Source of the DNA: Clostridia bacterium
GTDB lineage: Bacteria > Bacillota > Clostridia > Monoglobales > Monoglobaceae
Direction: 5' to 3'
NCBI GenBank assembly: GCA_045575975.1
Contig: JAZNFO010000014.1
Location: 1,611 to 65,610, forward strand
DNA: 64,000 bases
Each line of letters starts with the position of its first letter. Positions within the stretch are counted from its first letter, which is position 1. Position numbers and translations under genes: made by a program. Shown here piece after piece: positions 29,338-38,878 of the stretch. The notes beneath the pieces were generated by a model. It saw only the letters and a list, made by a program, of their open reading frames with translations. It was not told the origin of the DNA and did not search any database.

Positions 29338-30222
29338 ATGAAATCAGGATTTATAGCAATAACAGGTCGTCCCAATGCAGGGAAGTCCACACTTTTAAAT
29401 AAAATTCTCGGAGAAAAAATAGCAATAGTTTCAAATAAGCCTCAAACAACCAGAACAAAAATTCAGGGTGTACTGACGGACGAAAACTCACAGCTTGTTT
29501 TAATAGACACACCGGGAATACACAAGCCTCATAACAAGCTTGGGCAGAGAATGGAAAAGTATATATACACAGCAGCGAAGGATATAGATGTGCTTTTATA
29601 TGTTGTTGACTGTAATATTTATGAAAATGAGTTTGTAAAGGAAAAAGAAGCTCTGACAGGACTTAAAAAAAGCGGAGTTCCGGTTGTCCTTGCAGTTAAT
29701 AAGGTTGACACAGTTGATAAAAATATGTTGCTCCCTTTAATAGAAAGATTAAAAGGTCTTTATGAGTTTTCTGCAATCGTGCCGATTTCTGCTCAGAAAG
29801 GGGTTAATGTCAGCGAGCTTATTGAAGAGATTAAAAAACTTTTGCCAACAGGACCAAAATTTTTCCCTGATGACACATTAACAGATCAGCCTGAAAAACA
29901 GATTGTTGCAGAATTTATAAGAGAAAAGGCACTAAGACTTCTAAATAAGGAAATTCCTCACGGAATTGCTGTTGAAATAGAAAAAATGAAGCAAAGAGAA
30001 ACAGGGCTTTATGATATTGAGGCTTCAATTTATTGCGAAAGAAAGAGCCATAAGGCTATAGTTATAGGAAAAAAAGGCGAAAAGCTAAAGGATATCGGAA
30101 GCCGTGCCAGGGTGGATATTGAAAGATTTCTTGGTGAAAAGGTTAATCTTAAACTTTGGGTTAAGGTTAATGAAGACTGGCGAAATAAAGAAGGATTTAT
30201 GAATATGATTGGTTTTGATTAA
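29338..30222 (+). CDS. era: GTPase Era
   Basis: GRPNAGKST, DTPG and NKVD motifs, plus a C-terminal KH domain. Confidence 0.95.
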   Translation: MKSGFIAITGRPNAGKSTLLNKILGEKIAIVSNKPQTTRTKIQGVLTDENSQLVLIDTPGIHKPHNKLGQRMEKYIYTAAKDIDVLLYVVDCNIYENEFVKEKEALTGLKKSGVPVVLAVNKVDTVDKNMLLPLIERLKGLYEFSAIVPISAQKGVNVSELIEEIKKLLPTGPKFFPDDTLTDQPEKQIVAEFIREKALRLLNKEIPHGIAVEIEKMKQRETGLYDIEASIYCERKSHKAIVIGKKGEKLKDIGSRARVDIERFLGEKVNLKLWVKVNEDWRNKEGFMNMIGFD

Positions 30223-30271
30223 AAGGCTAGTCTTGACTTTAGCGGAAGAATGTTACAGTATATAAAAACTG

Positions 30272-30309
30272 CTCCTTTAAATACTAATATAAGACGGTAT
30301 TTAAAGGAG
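30272..30309 (+). promoter_or_regulatory. SD-sequestering hairpin in front of the YqzL-like small ORF
   Basis: Perfect 12-bp inverted repeat CTCCTTTAAATA (30272-30283) / TATTTAAAGGAG (30298-30309). The right arm contains the AAGGAGG SD of the ORF starting at 30318. Confidence 0.5.
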
Positions 30310-30317
30310 GATTTTAT

Positions 30318-30464
30318 ATGACAGAAAAAGATGTTTCATGGGAACTTTTTGAGAAAACAGGCAGTATAGAGGCATATCTTAAATACAGTAAGGATAAAGA
30401 AAATCTCGAAAGCAAGGAGGCTTTTGCCGTTGGGATTAGTGGAGACGGAAGGAATTGTAACTAA
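30318..30464 (+). CDS. YqzL-like small protein (48 aa), absent from the ORF track
   Basis: ATG lies 7 nt after AAGGAGG. Product is MTEKDVSWELFEKTGSIEAYLKYSKDKENLESKEAFAVGISGDGRNCN. It occupies the era-recO gap, as yqzL does in Bacillus subtilis (from memory). The W..F..TG.I..YL.Y pattern fits my recollection of that family. Confidence 0.6.
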   Translation: MTEKDVSWELFEKTGSIEAYLKYSKDKENLESKEAFAVGISGDGRNCN

Positions 30465-31194
30465 AGAGATAAAATACGGCGACACAAGCCGTATAATAAC
30501 TCTTATAACAAAAGACTATGGAAAAATCTCAGCCATAGCAAATAATGTCCGGACAGGTAAATCAAAGCTTATTTTGGGACTTTCTCTTTTTGTGTATTCG
30601 GATTTTGTTCTTTATGAAGGAAAAGGAAAGCAGGGCAGTCTATACAGAGTCAATGAAATAAATGTTAAAGAGCCTTTCAAAAAAATAAAAGAGTCAATTG
30701 ACAAAATGGCATATGCATCGTATTTTGCAGATGTTACAAACAAGGTGGTGGGAGAGAATAATCCCGATATAGAAATGATGAGACTTCTTCTTAATTCTCT
30801 TTATTTTCTGAATAATGACGGAGCAGATTTTTCTCTTCTAAAGCCGGTTTTTGAAATTAAAACAGCACGGATTCTGGGATATGCACCGAATCTTTCTGAA
30901 TGTGCAAATTGCGGGGCAGGAGAGGATATTGTATATCTTGACCCTGCGGGGGGAAGAGGCTGTTGCAGAAAGTGCGGAGCACTTTTGAAACAATCCTATT
31001 CCATGAACGAAACCGTGAAAGGTATGTGGGAATATATCCAGAGTGCCGGGCTTAAAAGTGCATTATCTGTAAGTGCAAAGCAGGATGCTGTGGATTATCT
31101 CAGTCACCTGACGGAGAGCTATCTTTCTGTTCAGCTTGACTGTGAATTTAAAACGCTTGAGTTTTTAAAAAATGTTCTTTCAGCAGGGGTTTAG
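30424..31194 (+). CDS. recO: DNA repair protein RecO
   Basis: ...TEGIVTKEIKYGDTSRIITLITKDYGKISAIA OB-fold N-terminus and a CxxC...CxxC zinc motif. The start is uncertain: TTG 30424, TTG 30430 or GTG 30439. TTG 30430 has the best spacing from the SD at 30414-30420. Confidence 0.88.
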   Translation: MPLGLVETEGIVTKEIKYGDTSRIITLITKDYGKISAIANNVRTGKSKLILGLSLFVYSDFVLYEGKGKQGSLYRVNEINVKEPFKKIKESIDKMAYASYFADVTNKVVGENNPDIEMMRLLLNSLYFLNNDGADFSLLKPVFEIKTARILGYAPNLSECANCGAGEDIVYLDPAGGRGCCRKCGALLKQSYSMNETVKGMWEYIQSAGLKSALSVSAKQDAVDYLSHLTESYLSVQLDCEFKTLEFLKNVLSAGV

Positions 31195-31203
31195 GTGATA
31201 TAA

Positions 31204-31863
31204 ATGGAAGCTTTAAAGAAAAAAATAACTGATTATCTTAAAGAAAACGGTGCAGGAGATGTTGGGTTTTTCAATATAAAAAGCGAAGATAATCCTTTTG
31301 GATTAACCTCAGGTGTCTCTTTCACAATTCCACTTTCAGATGCTATTGTAGAAACTATAACAGATGCACCAACTCATACATATTTTCATCATTACAGAAC
31401 AATTAATGCCCATATAGACAGAATATCGCTGAATGTGGGTTTTATGCTTGAAAAGGAGGGTTATCTATATGTCCCTGTTCCCGCATCACAGTCTGTTGAG
31501 GGAACATTCGGCATATTTTCTCATAAATACGGGGCAACTCTGTCAGGACTTGGGGCTGTAGGGAAAAGCGGACTCTTTATATCAAAGAGCCATGGTCCGA
31601 GAGTAAGACTTGGAACCATACTCACAAATTGCGATTTCAAGGTTTCAAATAAGGAAGAAGAGTGTCCCTGCGGTGATTGCAGATTATGTGCAGCGAGCTG
31701 TCCTGCTCAGGCAATAAGCGGTGAAATGTGGGTTGCGGGGGAGGAACGAAGTGTTATTGTTGATGCAAAAGCCTGCAGTGATTATATGAAAAAAGCCTAT
31801 CAGCATATAGGAAGAGGTGCAGTGTGCGGGATATGTATGAAGGTGTGCCCGTTGAATAAATAA
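31204..31863 (+). CDS. Short QueG-like 4Fe-4S dicluster protein
   Basis: 219 aa. CPCGDCRLCAASCP and CGICMKVCP ferredoxin-type motifs. The N-terminal part resembles the DUF1730 region of epoxyqueuosine reductases, but the protein is much shorter than QueG. Confidence 0.5.
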   Translation: MEALKKKITDYLKENGAGDVGFFNIKSEDNPFGLTSGVSFTIPLSDAIVETITDAPTHTYFHHYRTINAHIDRISLNVGFMLEKEGYLYVPVPASQSVEGTFGIFSHKYGATLSGLGAVGKSGLFISKSHGPRVRLGTILTNCDFKVSNKEEECPCGDCRLCAASCPAQAISGEMWVAGEERSVIVDAKACSDYMKKAYQHIGRGAVCGICMKVCPLNK

Positions 31864-31867
31864 ATTC

Positions 31868-31920
31868 AAAAGCAGATTTGGAATTAATGGACCTGTTCAT
31901 TAGCTTTCAATCTGCTTTTT
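31868..31920 (+). terminator. Long imperfect hairpin terminator
   Basis: Outer arms AAAAGCAGAT (31868-31877) / ATCTGCTTTT (31910-31919), with additional inner pairing and a T-run. Confidence 0.7.
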
Positions 31921-31939
31921 AATTAATTTTAAAAAATAC

Positions 31940-31968
31940 TTGAAATAATATATAATATTTGGTATAAT
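31940..31968 (+). promoter_or_regulatory. Sigma-A promoter of the yybS-gdpP-rplI-dnaB unit
   Basis: TTGAAA (31940-31945), a 17-nt spacer, then an extended -10 TGgTATAAT (hexamer at 31963-31968). Confidence 0.75.
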
Positions 31969-32039
31969 GTAGTGATACTGGGGACGAATCGCCTAAAATA
32001 AATTCGTGCAGTATTTGAATATGCGAAGGAAGGGTTAAA

Positions 32040-33053
32040 ATGGATAAAAGGAACACATCAGGGGTAGTCAGAAACGGAGCTATGATGTCAGCACTCACGG
32101 TTATTTTTATGCTTATGTCATTATATGTTCCTCTTTTTTCTGTTATAGGTATGTTTTTATCAGGACTTCCGCTGGCTGTTTTATATATAAAAGAGGGAAT
32201 AAAACCAACTTTATGTGCTTCTTTTGTATCCCTTTGTATTCTGTTTGCATTTACGGGCAGTATTCTTGGAATAGTGTCTATGTTTCTTGCTTATGGCGTG
32301 CCGGGAATCGTTGCAGGTGTTTGCGTTAAGAAAAAATATGGTCTCTATTATTCAGTGATTTACACAGGCTGTGCTTTTCTGGTTGGAATTCTTGCTGAAT
32401 ATATGATAATTAATATATTTATGGGCGGACTTGATAAAATGTTTGCCGAGATTTTTGAAAATGTTAAGAGTTCTATGATAGAAATCGGCAAAACCCTGAA
32501 TACAGGTGATAATAAGTTTGACGAAAAAACTATCAATCAGGCTATGAGCCTGATGAAAGATACTATAAGACTTTATCTGCCGGCTATACTTATGATTGCA
32601 TCTTTGATTTCGGGCTATATAATGTTTTCTTTCTATGCGTGGATACTGAAAAAACTTAGGCTCACAAAACTTATTACACCTCCGTTTTCAATGCTGAGAG
32701 CACCAAGGGGAATGGTGAGAGTTACTATATTGCTTTATATAATAAGCATTTTTATCAGCGATAAGAGTGCTTTTAGGGCAGTTGTTTTAAATGTTATTTA
32801 TGTTCTTTATGCAATTCTTGGAATTTGCGGGCTGTCTCTTATAGATTTCAAGTTTGGAACAAGAATATCAAAAGGTGCAGTAAGAGTTTTGATATATCTT
32901 GCAGTTTTGCTTTTTGGCGGAGTTTTAATGCCTATAATTATAAATATTTGTGTTATTGCAGGCTTCTTAGATAGCTCTGCGAATTACAGAAAAATTTCTT
33001 CTGTATTCAGTCCGGATAATAATGAGTTTGAGGACAGGTCGGGGGAAGTATAG
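32040..33053 (+). CDS. yybS: YybS-family (DUF2232) membrane protein
   Basis: 337-aa polytopic protein immediately upstream of gdpP, as in Bacillus. Confidence 0.75.
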   Translation: MDKRNTSGVVRNGAMMSALTVIFMLMSLYVPLFSVIGMFLSGLPLAVLYIKEGIKPTLCASFVSLCILFAFTGSILGIVSMFLAYGVPGIVAGVCVKKKYGLYYSVIYTGCAFLVGILAEYMIINIFMGGLDKMFAEIFENVKSSMIEIGKTLNTGDNKFDEKTINQAMSLMKDTIRLYLPAILMIASLISGYIMFSFYAWILKKLRLTKLITPPFSMLRAPRGMVRVTILLYIISIFISDKSAFRAVVLNVIYVLYAILGICGLSLIDFKFGTRISKGAVRVLIYLAVLLFGGVLMPIIINICVIAGFLDSSANYRKISSVFSPDNNEFEDRSGEV

Positions 33054-33077
33054 AAATTTGTGTCAGGAGTGATTTTG

Positions 33078-35090
33078 ATGAACAAAAATAAATCAGCTTC
33101 AGCGAAAAAATATTTTAATTCCAAATACCGTTATACCAAAATGACCATATGTCTGGTGCTTTTGCTTGCACTTTGGGGCGTACTACAGGTTCAGAAGGTA
33201 GATTTTGCACCTGTAGTATTAATTGCAGCCTTTTGTTATTTTATATTCGAGCTTTGCCAGATAAGAATTCAGGAAAAAAGCTTTTTAAGATACATAGAGG
33301 ATCTGGAGTTTTGTCTCAGCAGCCACACAAGAGGCACTTTGATAAATTACCCTGCACCTCTTGTTATAACAGATTTAAAAGGCGAAATCACATGGTATAA
33401 CGAAAGATTTTCTCATGCAATCAAAAATGATAATCTTTTTAATGTGCCGGTTCAGGAGCTTTTGCCTGAAATACAAATATCAAAGTTTGTAGAAAGTGAA
33501 GAGGCTGTTAAATATAGCCTCAGTATTGGCGAAAGTCTCTATGAAGTATGGGGGAATGTTGTTTATTCCCAAGGTGATGAATCAAACGGACTTATTATCA
33601 TATATTTCATAGACAAAACTAATGAGAGAGATGCCATTTTGAAAAGAGAAGAAGAAAGAATGGTTGAATGCCTTGTTATTATCGATAACTATGATGAAGT
33701 TCTTAAGGAAACTCCGGATTCAAATCACGGAAGTCTTCTCGGTGAAATTGAGCAGAAAATTGCTCAGTGGTCAGCATCTGGAAACGGTGTTTTAAGAAAA
33801 TATGAAAGGGACAAAACAATAGTTATGTTCCACCAGAAGGATTTCAAAAGCATTCTTGATAATAAGTTTGATATTTTAAACCAGGTCAGGGATATAAATT
33901 TTGAAAATAAAATTCCGGTCACCTTAAGTATCGGTATAGGCATAGGCGGAGAAGATATTCTTGAGGTTGATAAGTTTGCAAGACTTGCTCTTGATATGGC
34001 GCTGGGAAGAGGCGGTGACCAGGTTGTTATCAAGGATAAGGAAAACTTTAATTTCTACGGTGCGAAAACAAGAGAGGTTGAAAAAAGAACAAAGGTTAAG
34101 GCAAGGGTTGTTGCCCATGCTTTAAGAGAGCTTATAGACCATTCAACTGCTGTTATAATTATGGGACATAAAAATGCAGACCTCGATAGCCTTGGTGCTT
34201 CTATCGGTCTTTGTAAGGCAGTAAGAAGCAGAGGTAAGGATGCGTATATTGCAGTAGACAGAACAAGAACCGGTGTCAGAAATATTATAGATGATTTTGA
34301 AAAAAATAAATATTATGAGGATACCTTTATAACACCGGAACAGGCTCTTAATATTTATAATCAGGACACACTTTTAATTGTTGTTGATACCCACAGACCG
34401 GGAATGGTTGAGTCGGAGGAACTACTTATCCACTCGGAAAATCTTGTACTCATTGACCATCATAGAAGGTCGGAAGATTTTATAGAAAATGCTGTTTTAA
34501 CATATCACGAGCCGTATGCATCGTCAACTTGTGAAATGATAACGGAAATACTTCAGTATATTCAGGATTCTGACAGATTAAGCCAGAAAGAAGCAGAAGT
34601 TTTATATGCGGGAATTTCGCTTGATACTAAAGGCTTTATCTTCAAAGCAGGTGTAAGAACTTTTGAAGCTGCGGCATATTTAAGAAGACTTGGTGTCAAT
34701 ACTGTAAATGTGAGAAGATTATTTAAAACTGACCTTGAAAGTTACACACAGAAGGCTGAAATAATAAAAGATGCAAAGCTATACAGAGATAATATTGCAA
34801 TAGCAATCGCAAAGGGCGAGAGCGGGGATTTTCCGGTTACTGTTGCCCAGGCTGCAGATGAACTTCTTGATATAACAGGAGTTGAAGCATCATTTGTTAT
34901 TGCAGAATATAAGGGAAGAATTTTAATAAGCGGCCGTTCCCTTGACAGTATAAATGTTCAGGTTATACTTGAAAAGCTTGGCGGCGGCGGACATATAACA
35001 ATAGCTGGAACACAGCTTGATGATGTCAGTATGGAAGAGGCGGAAGAAAAGCTTAAGGAAGCTATTGATAATGTTGTTTTTGATGAATAA
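33078..35090 (+). CDS. gdpP: c-di-AMP phosphodiesterase GdpP (TM-PAS-degenerate GGDEF-DHH/DHHA1)
   Basis: Two N-terminal TM helices, DHH motifs (HKNADLDSLG, DTHR, IDHHR) and DHHA1 GGGGH. Start moved to ATG 33078 behind AGGAG. Confidence 0.9.
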   Translation: MNKNKSASAKKYFNSKYRYTKMTICLVLLLALWGVLQVQKVDFAPVVLIAAFCYFIFELCQIRIQEKSFLRYIEDLEFCLSSHTRGTLINYPAPLVITDLKGEITWYNERFSHAIKNDNLFNVPVQELLPEIQISKFVESEEAVKYSLSIGESLYEVWGNVVYSQGDESNGLIIIYFIDKTNERDAILKREEERMVECLVIIDNYDEVLKETPDSNHGSLLGEIEQKIAQWSASGNGVLRKYERDKTIVMFHQKDFKSILDNKFDILNQVRDINFENKIPVTLSIGIGIGGEDILEVDKFARLALDMALGRGGDQVVIKDKENFNFYGAKTREVEKRTKVKARVVAHALRELIDHSTAVIIMGHKNADLDSLGASIGLCKAVRSRGKDAYIAVDRTRTGVRNIIDDFEKNKYYEDTFITPEQALNIYNQDTLLIVVDTHRPGMVESEELLIHSENLVLIDHHRRSEDFIENAVLTYHEPYASSTCEMITEILQYIQDSDRLSQKEAEVLYAGISLDTKGFIFKAGVRTFEAAAYLRRLGVNTVNVRRLFKTDLESYTQKAEIIKDAKLYRDNIAIAIAKGESGDFPVTVAQAADELLDITGVEASFVIAEYKGRILISGRSLDSINVQVILEKLGGGGHITIAGTQLDDVSMEEAEEKLKEAIDNVVFDE

Positions 35091-35112
35091 AAAAGAGAAA
35101 GGATTTTAGATT

Positions 35113-35562
35113 ATGCAGGTAATTTTATTACAGGATGTTAAAGCACAGGGAAAAAAGGGAGACCTTATAAATGTAAGTGACGGATATGCAAGAAACTTTT
35201 TGTTTCCAAAGGGACTTGCAAAGGAAGCTAACAAGCAGGCATTGAATGAATTCAAAGGAAAGCAGGGAGCTATTGAATATCACAAAAATGTTGAGCAGGA
35301 AAAAGCAAGAAATATTGCCGAAAGAATGAAGGAATTTAATATTGAACTCACTGCAAAGGCGGGGGAGAATGGCAAATTATTCGGTTCAATCACATCAAAG
35401 GATGTGGCAGAAGAGCTGAAAAAGAAATATAATATAGACATTGATAAAAGAAAGCTTGATATAGGCGATGGCATAAAAACCATAGGAACAGTAGATGTGA
35501 AAGCACATCTCTATGCCGGAATAACAGGAACATTCAAGGTAACTGTAAAAGAGGCAAAATAA
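35113..35562 (+). CDS. rplI: 50S ribosomal protein L9
   Basis: [36 protein letters not shown]. Confidence 0.97.
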   Translation: MQVILLQDVKAQGKKGDLINVSDGYARNFLFPKGLAKEANKQALNEFKGKQGAIEYHKNVEQEKARNIAERMKEFNIELTAKAGENGKLFGSITSKDVAEELKKKYNIDIDKRKLDIGDGIKTIGTVDVKAHLYAGITGTFKVTVKEAK

Positions 35563-35581
35563 TTTTAAGGAATGATTTTGT

Positions 35582-36925
35582 ATGGAAGAAACATATGAAT
35601 TAGACAGAGCGATGCCTTTCAGCAGAGAGGCAGAAATGTCTGTTTTAGGAGCAATGTTTTTAGATAATAAATGTATTCCCGAGGCAATAAACATTGTTAA
35701 GGATGAAGATTTTTATGTTGAAAGACATAAGGAAATATTCTCTGCAATAACAGAACTTTATAATCTTGGAAAGCATGTTGATATAGTAACGCTGAAGGAA
35801 CAGCTTATTCACAGAGGGACTCTTGAAAAGGTTGGAGGGCTCGGGTTTATTGTTGAAATTGCAAACTTTGTTCCAACAACAAGAAATATCGTTCATTACT
35901 CAAAGATAGTGAAAGAAAAAGCCGTTCTGAGAAAACTCATAAAGGCTTCGGATGAAATAACAGAAAGATGTTATCGGGGGGACGATGAGCTTGAAACTAT
36001 TCTTGGAGCTGCGGAACAGTCTATTCTTGATATATCAAGAGACACTGCATCAGGAGGACCTGTGCATATAAGAGGACTCCTTGGAGAGAGTGTTGAAAAG
36101 CTTGCAAAACTTGCGGATAACAGACAGGATGTTACGGGTGTAACAACCGGTTTTATTGATGTTGATAAAAGAACAGCAGGTCTTCACGGCTCGGAGCTTA
36201 TTCTTATAGCAGCAAGACCGGGTATGGGAAAAACAAGCTTTGCACTTAATATTGCACAGAATGTTGCAACACAGGCAAAGGTTCCGGTTGCAGTTTTCAA
36301 TCTTGAAATGCCGGGTATTCAGCTTGCAAACCGTATGCTCGCATCAGAGGCGATGATTAGTTCTGATTGCCTGAAAAAAGGAAATATAAAAGACAGTGAT
36401 TGGGAGAAAATCGGTGCTGCAGTTGAAATGCTTTCAAATGCGGAAATATATATAGATGATTCGTCAAGCTCAACAGTTTCGGAAATATGTGCAAGATGCA
36501 GAAAGCTTAAGCTTGAAAAAAATATAGGACTTGTGGTTATTGACTACATACAGCTTATGACAACAAACAGAAGAGATGGAAACAGACAGCTTGAAATTTC
36601 TGAAATTTCAAGGAGCTTAAAAATTCTGGCAAAGGATTTGAATATTCCGGTTATTGCACTTTCTCAGCTTAACAGAAGCGTGGACAAGCGTGACAGCAAG
36701 GAACCTGTTCTCAGTGATCTGAGAGAATCGGGTGCTATTGAGCAGGATGCAGACATTGTTATGTTTTTATACAGAGAGGGATATTATAAACCTGAAACAG
36801 AAGAACCAAACAAGGCCAAGTGTATCTTTGCCAAGCATCGTAACGGTGAGATTGGTTATGACCACTTAACCTGGCTTGGTGAGTACACAAAATTTTCCAA
36901 TTGGAGTGGAGAGCGTGAGCGTTAG
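35582..36925 (+). CDS. dnaB: Replicative DNA helicase DnaB (DnaC in B. subtilis nomenclature)
   Basis: PFSREAEMSVLGAM N-terminus, Walker A ARPGMGKT, IALSQLNR and ESGAIEQDAD motifs. Confidence 0.95.
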   Translation: MEETYELDRAMPFSREAEMSVLGAMFLDNKCIPEAINIVKDEDFYVERHKEIFSAITELYNLGKHVDIVTLKEQLIHRGTLEKVGGLGFIVEIANFVPTTRNIVHYSKIVKEKAVLRKLIKASDEITERCYRGDDELETILGAAEQSILDISRDTASGGPVHIRGLLGESVEKLAKLADNRQDVTGVTTGFIDVDKRTAGLHGSELILIAARPGMGKTSFALNIAQNVATQAKVPVAVFNLEMPGIQLANRMLASEAMISSDCLKKGNIKDSDWEKIGAAVEMLSNAEIYIDDSSSSTVSEICARCRKLKLEKNIGLVVIDYIQLMTTNRRDGNRQLEISEISRSLKILAKDLNIPVIALSQLNRSVDKRDSKEPVLSDLRESGAIEQDADIVMFLYREGYYKPETEEPNKAKCIFAKHRNGEIGYDHLTWLGEYTKFSNWSGERER

Positions 36926-38345
36926 TCAAAGGGTTATAAATTCGGTATACAATTTAATAATCGAAAAAAATATGATAGAAAAGGGCGACAGGGTTTTAGT
37001 TGCCGTATCAGGCGGAGCAGATTCTGTTTGTCTTCTAAGTATTCTTTGTTCCTTGAAAGACCGACTTGGGATTTGTCTATCAGTTGCCCACCTTAATCAT
37101 ATGATAAGAGGGGAAGAGGCAAAAAGGGATGAAAACTTTGTAAAAAGTCTGTGTGAAAAATACGGTATAAATTGTTTTGTAAAAAGTGTAGATGTCCCAA
37201 GGCTTGCAGAAGAGAAAGGCATTTCTCTTGAAGAGGCAGGAAGAGATGCAAGATATAGTTTTTTTGATGAACTAAAGAAAACCGAAGGAATAACAAAAAT
37301 TGCAACAGCTCACAATAAAAACGACAGAGCGGAATCTGTTCTTATGCGTATCATAAGAGGTACGGGAATTGACGGTCTTAAGGGAATTTCATATGTAAGA
37401 GAGGATGGGGTTATAAGACCTGTTCTTGATCTTAAAAGATGTGAAATTGAAGAGTATCTCAAGGATATAAATCTTGAGTTTTGCACGGATTCCACAAATG
37501 GTGACAATGACTACACAAGAAACCGCATAAGAAACGGACTTATTCCATATATTGAAGAGAATTTTAATCCCTCGGTGGTTGACACTCTTTTCAGATTTTC
37601 AGAAACCCTGACAGAGGATGCAGAGTTTCTTGACGGGTATGCAAACAGATTATATGAAAGAATAAATAATCCGCTTCCGTCACATAAACCCTATGCCCTT
37701 CATATTGACAGCTTGAAAATGGTTGATGATTCCATAAGGGCGAGACTTGTGAAAATTGTGGCAGGCAAAGCAGCGGGAAAAGATTTAAAACTTCAGTATG
37801 TTCATATTCAGAATGTTTTGGAGTTGATTAACAAAAACACAGGGGCAATGGTAAATCTCCCGGATGGTATCGAAGTAAGATGCGAATACGGATGGTTGAT
37901 TTTTGAAAATACTAAAAAAGAGACAGAAATAACCAATATTGAGGAAGAAGATTTATTTATAAGGGTTAATCCTCTTGAAAGTTATTATATTGAAAGTCTC
38001 GATGCTGAAATCAGCTTTAAAATAGTTGACCCAAAGATATATAAGAAAAATCCAAGACAGCAAATTGTTGATTTTGACATTTTGGAGGGAAAAAAACTGG
38101 TTTTAAGAACCCGCAGGAGCGGAGATAAAATGGTTTGTTTCCCTGACGGAAAATCGAAGAAACTGAAAAATATATTTATTGATTCTAAAATACCAAAGGC
38201 ATCAAGGGATAAAATTCCTGTTCTTTGCGGGAACGATGAAATTGTTGCTGTTGTGGGACTTAGAGTCAGTGAAAACTATAAGATAAAAAATGAAACAAGG
38301 AAGGCGCTAATCATTGAGTACAGAAAAAGTAAAAATAATGATTGA
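36915..38345 (+). CDS. tilS: tRNA(Ile)-lysidine synthetase
   Basis: PP-loop SGGADS. The start is probably GTG 36915 (GGAG 8 nt upstream), overlapping the dnaB end. The ORF-track start at 36876 lies deep inside dnaB. Confidence 0.85.
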   Translation: MSVSQRVINSVYNLIIEKNMIEKGDRVLVAVSGGADSVCLLSILCSLKDRLGICLSVAHLNHMIRGEEAKRDENFVKSLCEKYGINCFVKSVDVPRLAEEKGISLEEAGRDARYSFFDELKKTEGITKIATAHNKNDRAESVLMRIIRGTGIDGLKGISYVREDGVIRPVLDLKRCEIEEYLKDINLEFCTDSTNGDNDYTRNRIRNGLIPYIEENFNPSVVDTLFRFSETLTEDAEFLDGYANRLYERINNPLPSHKPYALHIDSLKMVDDSIRARLVKIVAGKAAGKDLKLQYVHIQNVLELINKNTGAMVNLPDGIEVRCEYGWLIFENTKKETEITNIEEEDLFIRVNPLESYYIESLDAEISFKIVDPKIYKKNPRQQIVDFDILEGKKLVLRTRRSGDKMVCFPDGKSKKLKNIFIDSKIPKASRDKIPVLCGNDEIVAVVGLRVSENYKIKNETRKALIIEYRKSKNND

Positions 38346-38844
38346 TGAAGAAAAAATAAATAAGAGAGTATGTCAGCTTTGCGATGAAATAAATCGTGAT
38401 ATGGGTGATGAACCTTTAATTGTTATATGTATATTAAAGGGAGCCTTTATGTTTATGGCGGATATAGTCAGAAGACTGAAGATGCCGGCAGAGGTTCATT
38501 TTATGAAAGTGTCAAGCTATGGCGGAGGCACAAAAACCTCAGGGACAGTTGCAGTTAAGCTTGATATAGACAGGGACTTAACAGACAAAAATGTTCTGAT
38601 AATCGAAGATATTATTGACAGCGGTTACACCATGTGTGAGGTTAGAAAAATGCTTAAGGCAAGAGGTGCAAAATCACTTAAACTTTGTTCCTGCCTTTCT
38701 AAGCCCTCAAGACAGGAAGTTGAGGTTGATATAGAATATCTGGGATTTGAAATTCCCGATGAGTTTGTAGTTGGCTATGGACTTGATTATGATGAGAAAT
38801 ACAGAAGCCTGCCATATATAGGTGTGGTAGAATTTTCTGAATAA
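38314..38844 (+). CDS. hpt: Hypoxanthine-guanine phosphoribosyltransferase
   Basis: PRPP motif VLIIEDIIDSGYT. With the TTG 38314 start (AAGGAAGG SD) the N-terminus aligns with Bacillus HprT. Overlaps the tilS end. Confidence 0.9.
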   Translation: MSTEKVKIMIDEEKINKRVCQLCDEINRDMGDEPLIVICILKGAFMFMADIVRRLKMPAEVHFMKVSSYGGGTKTSGTVAVKLDIDRDLTDKNVLIIEDIIDSGYTMCEVRKMLKARGAKSLKLCSCLSKPSRQEVEVDIEYLGFEIPDEFVVGYGLDYDEKYRSLPYIGVVEFSE

Positions 38845-38878
38845 TACATAAGATAATTAATGAATAGGAGATATAAAA

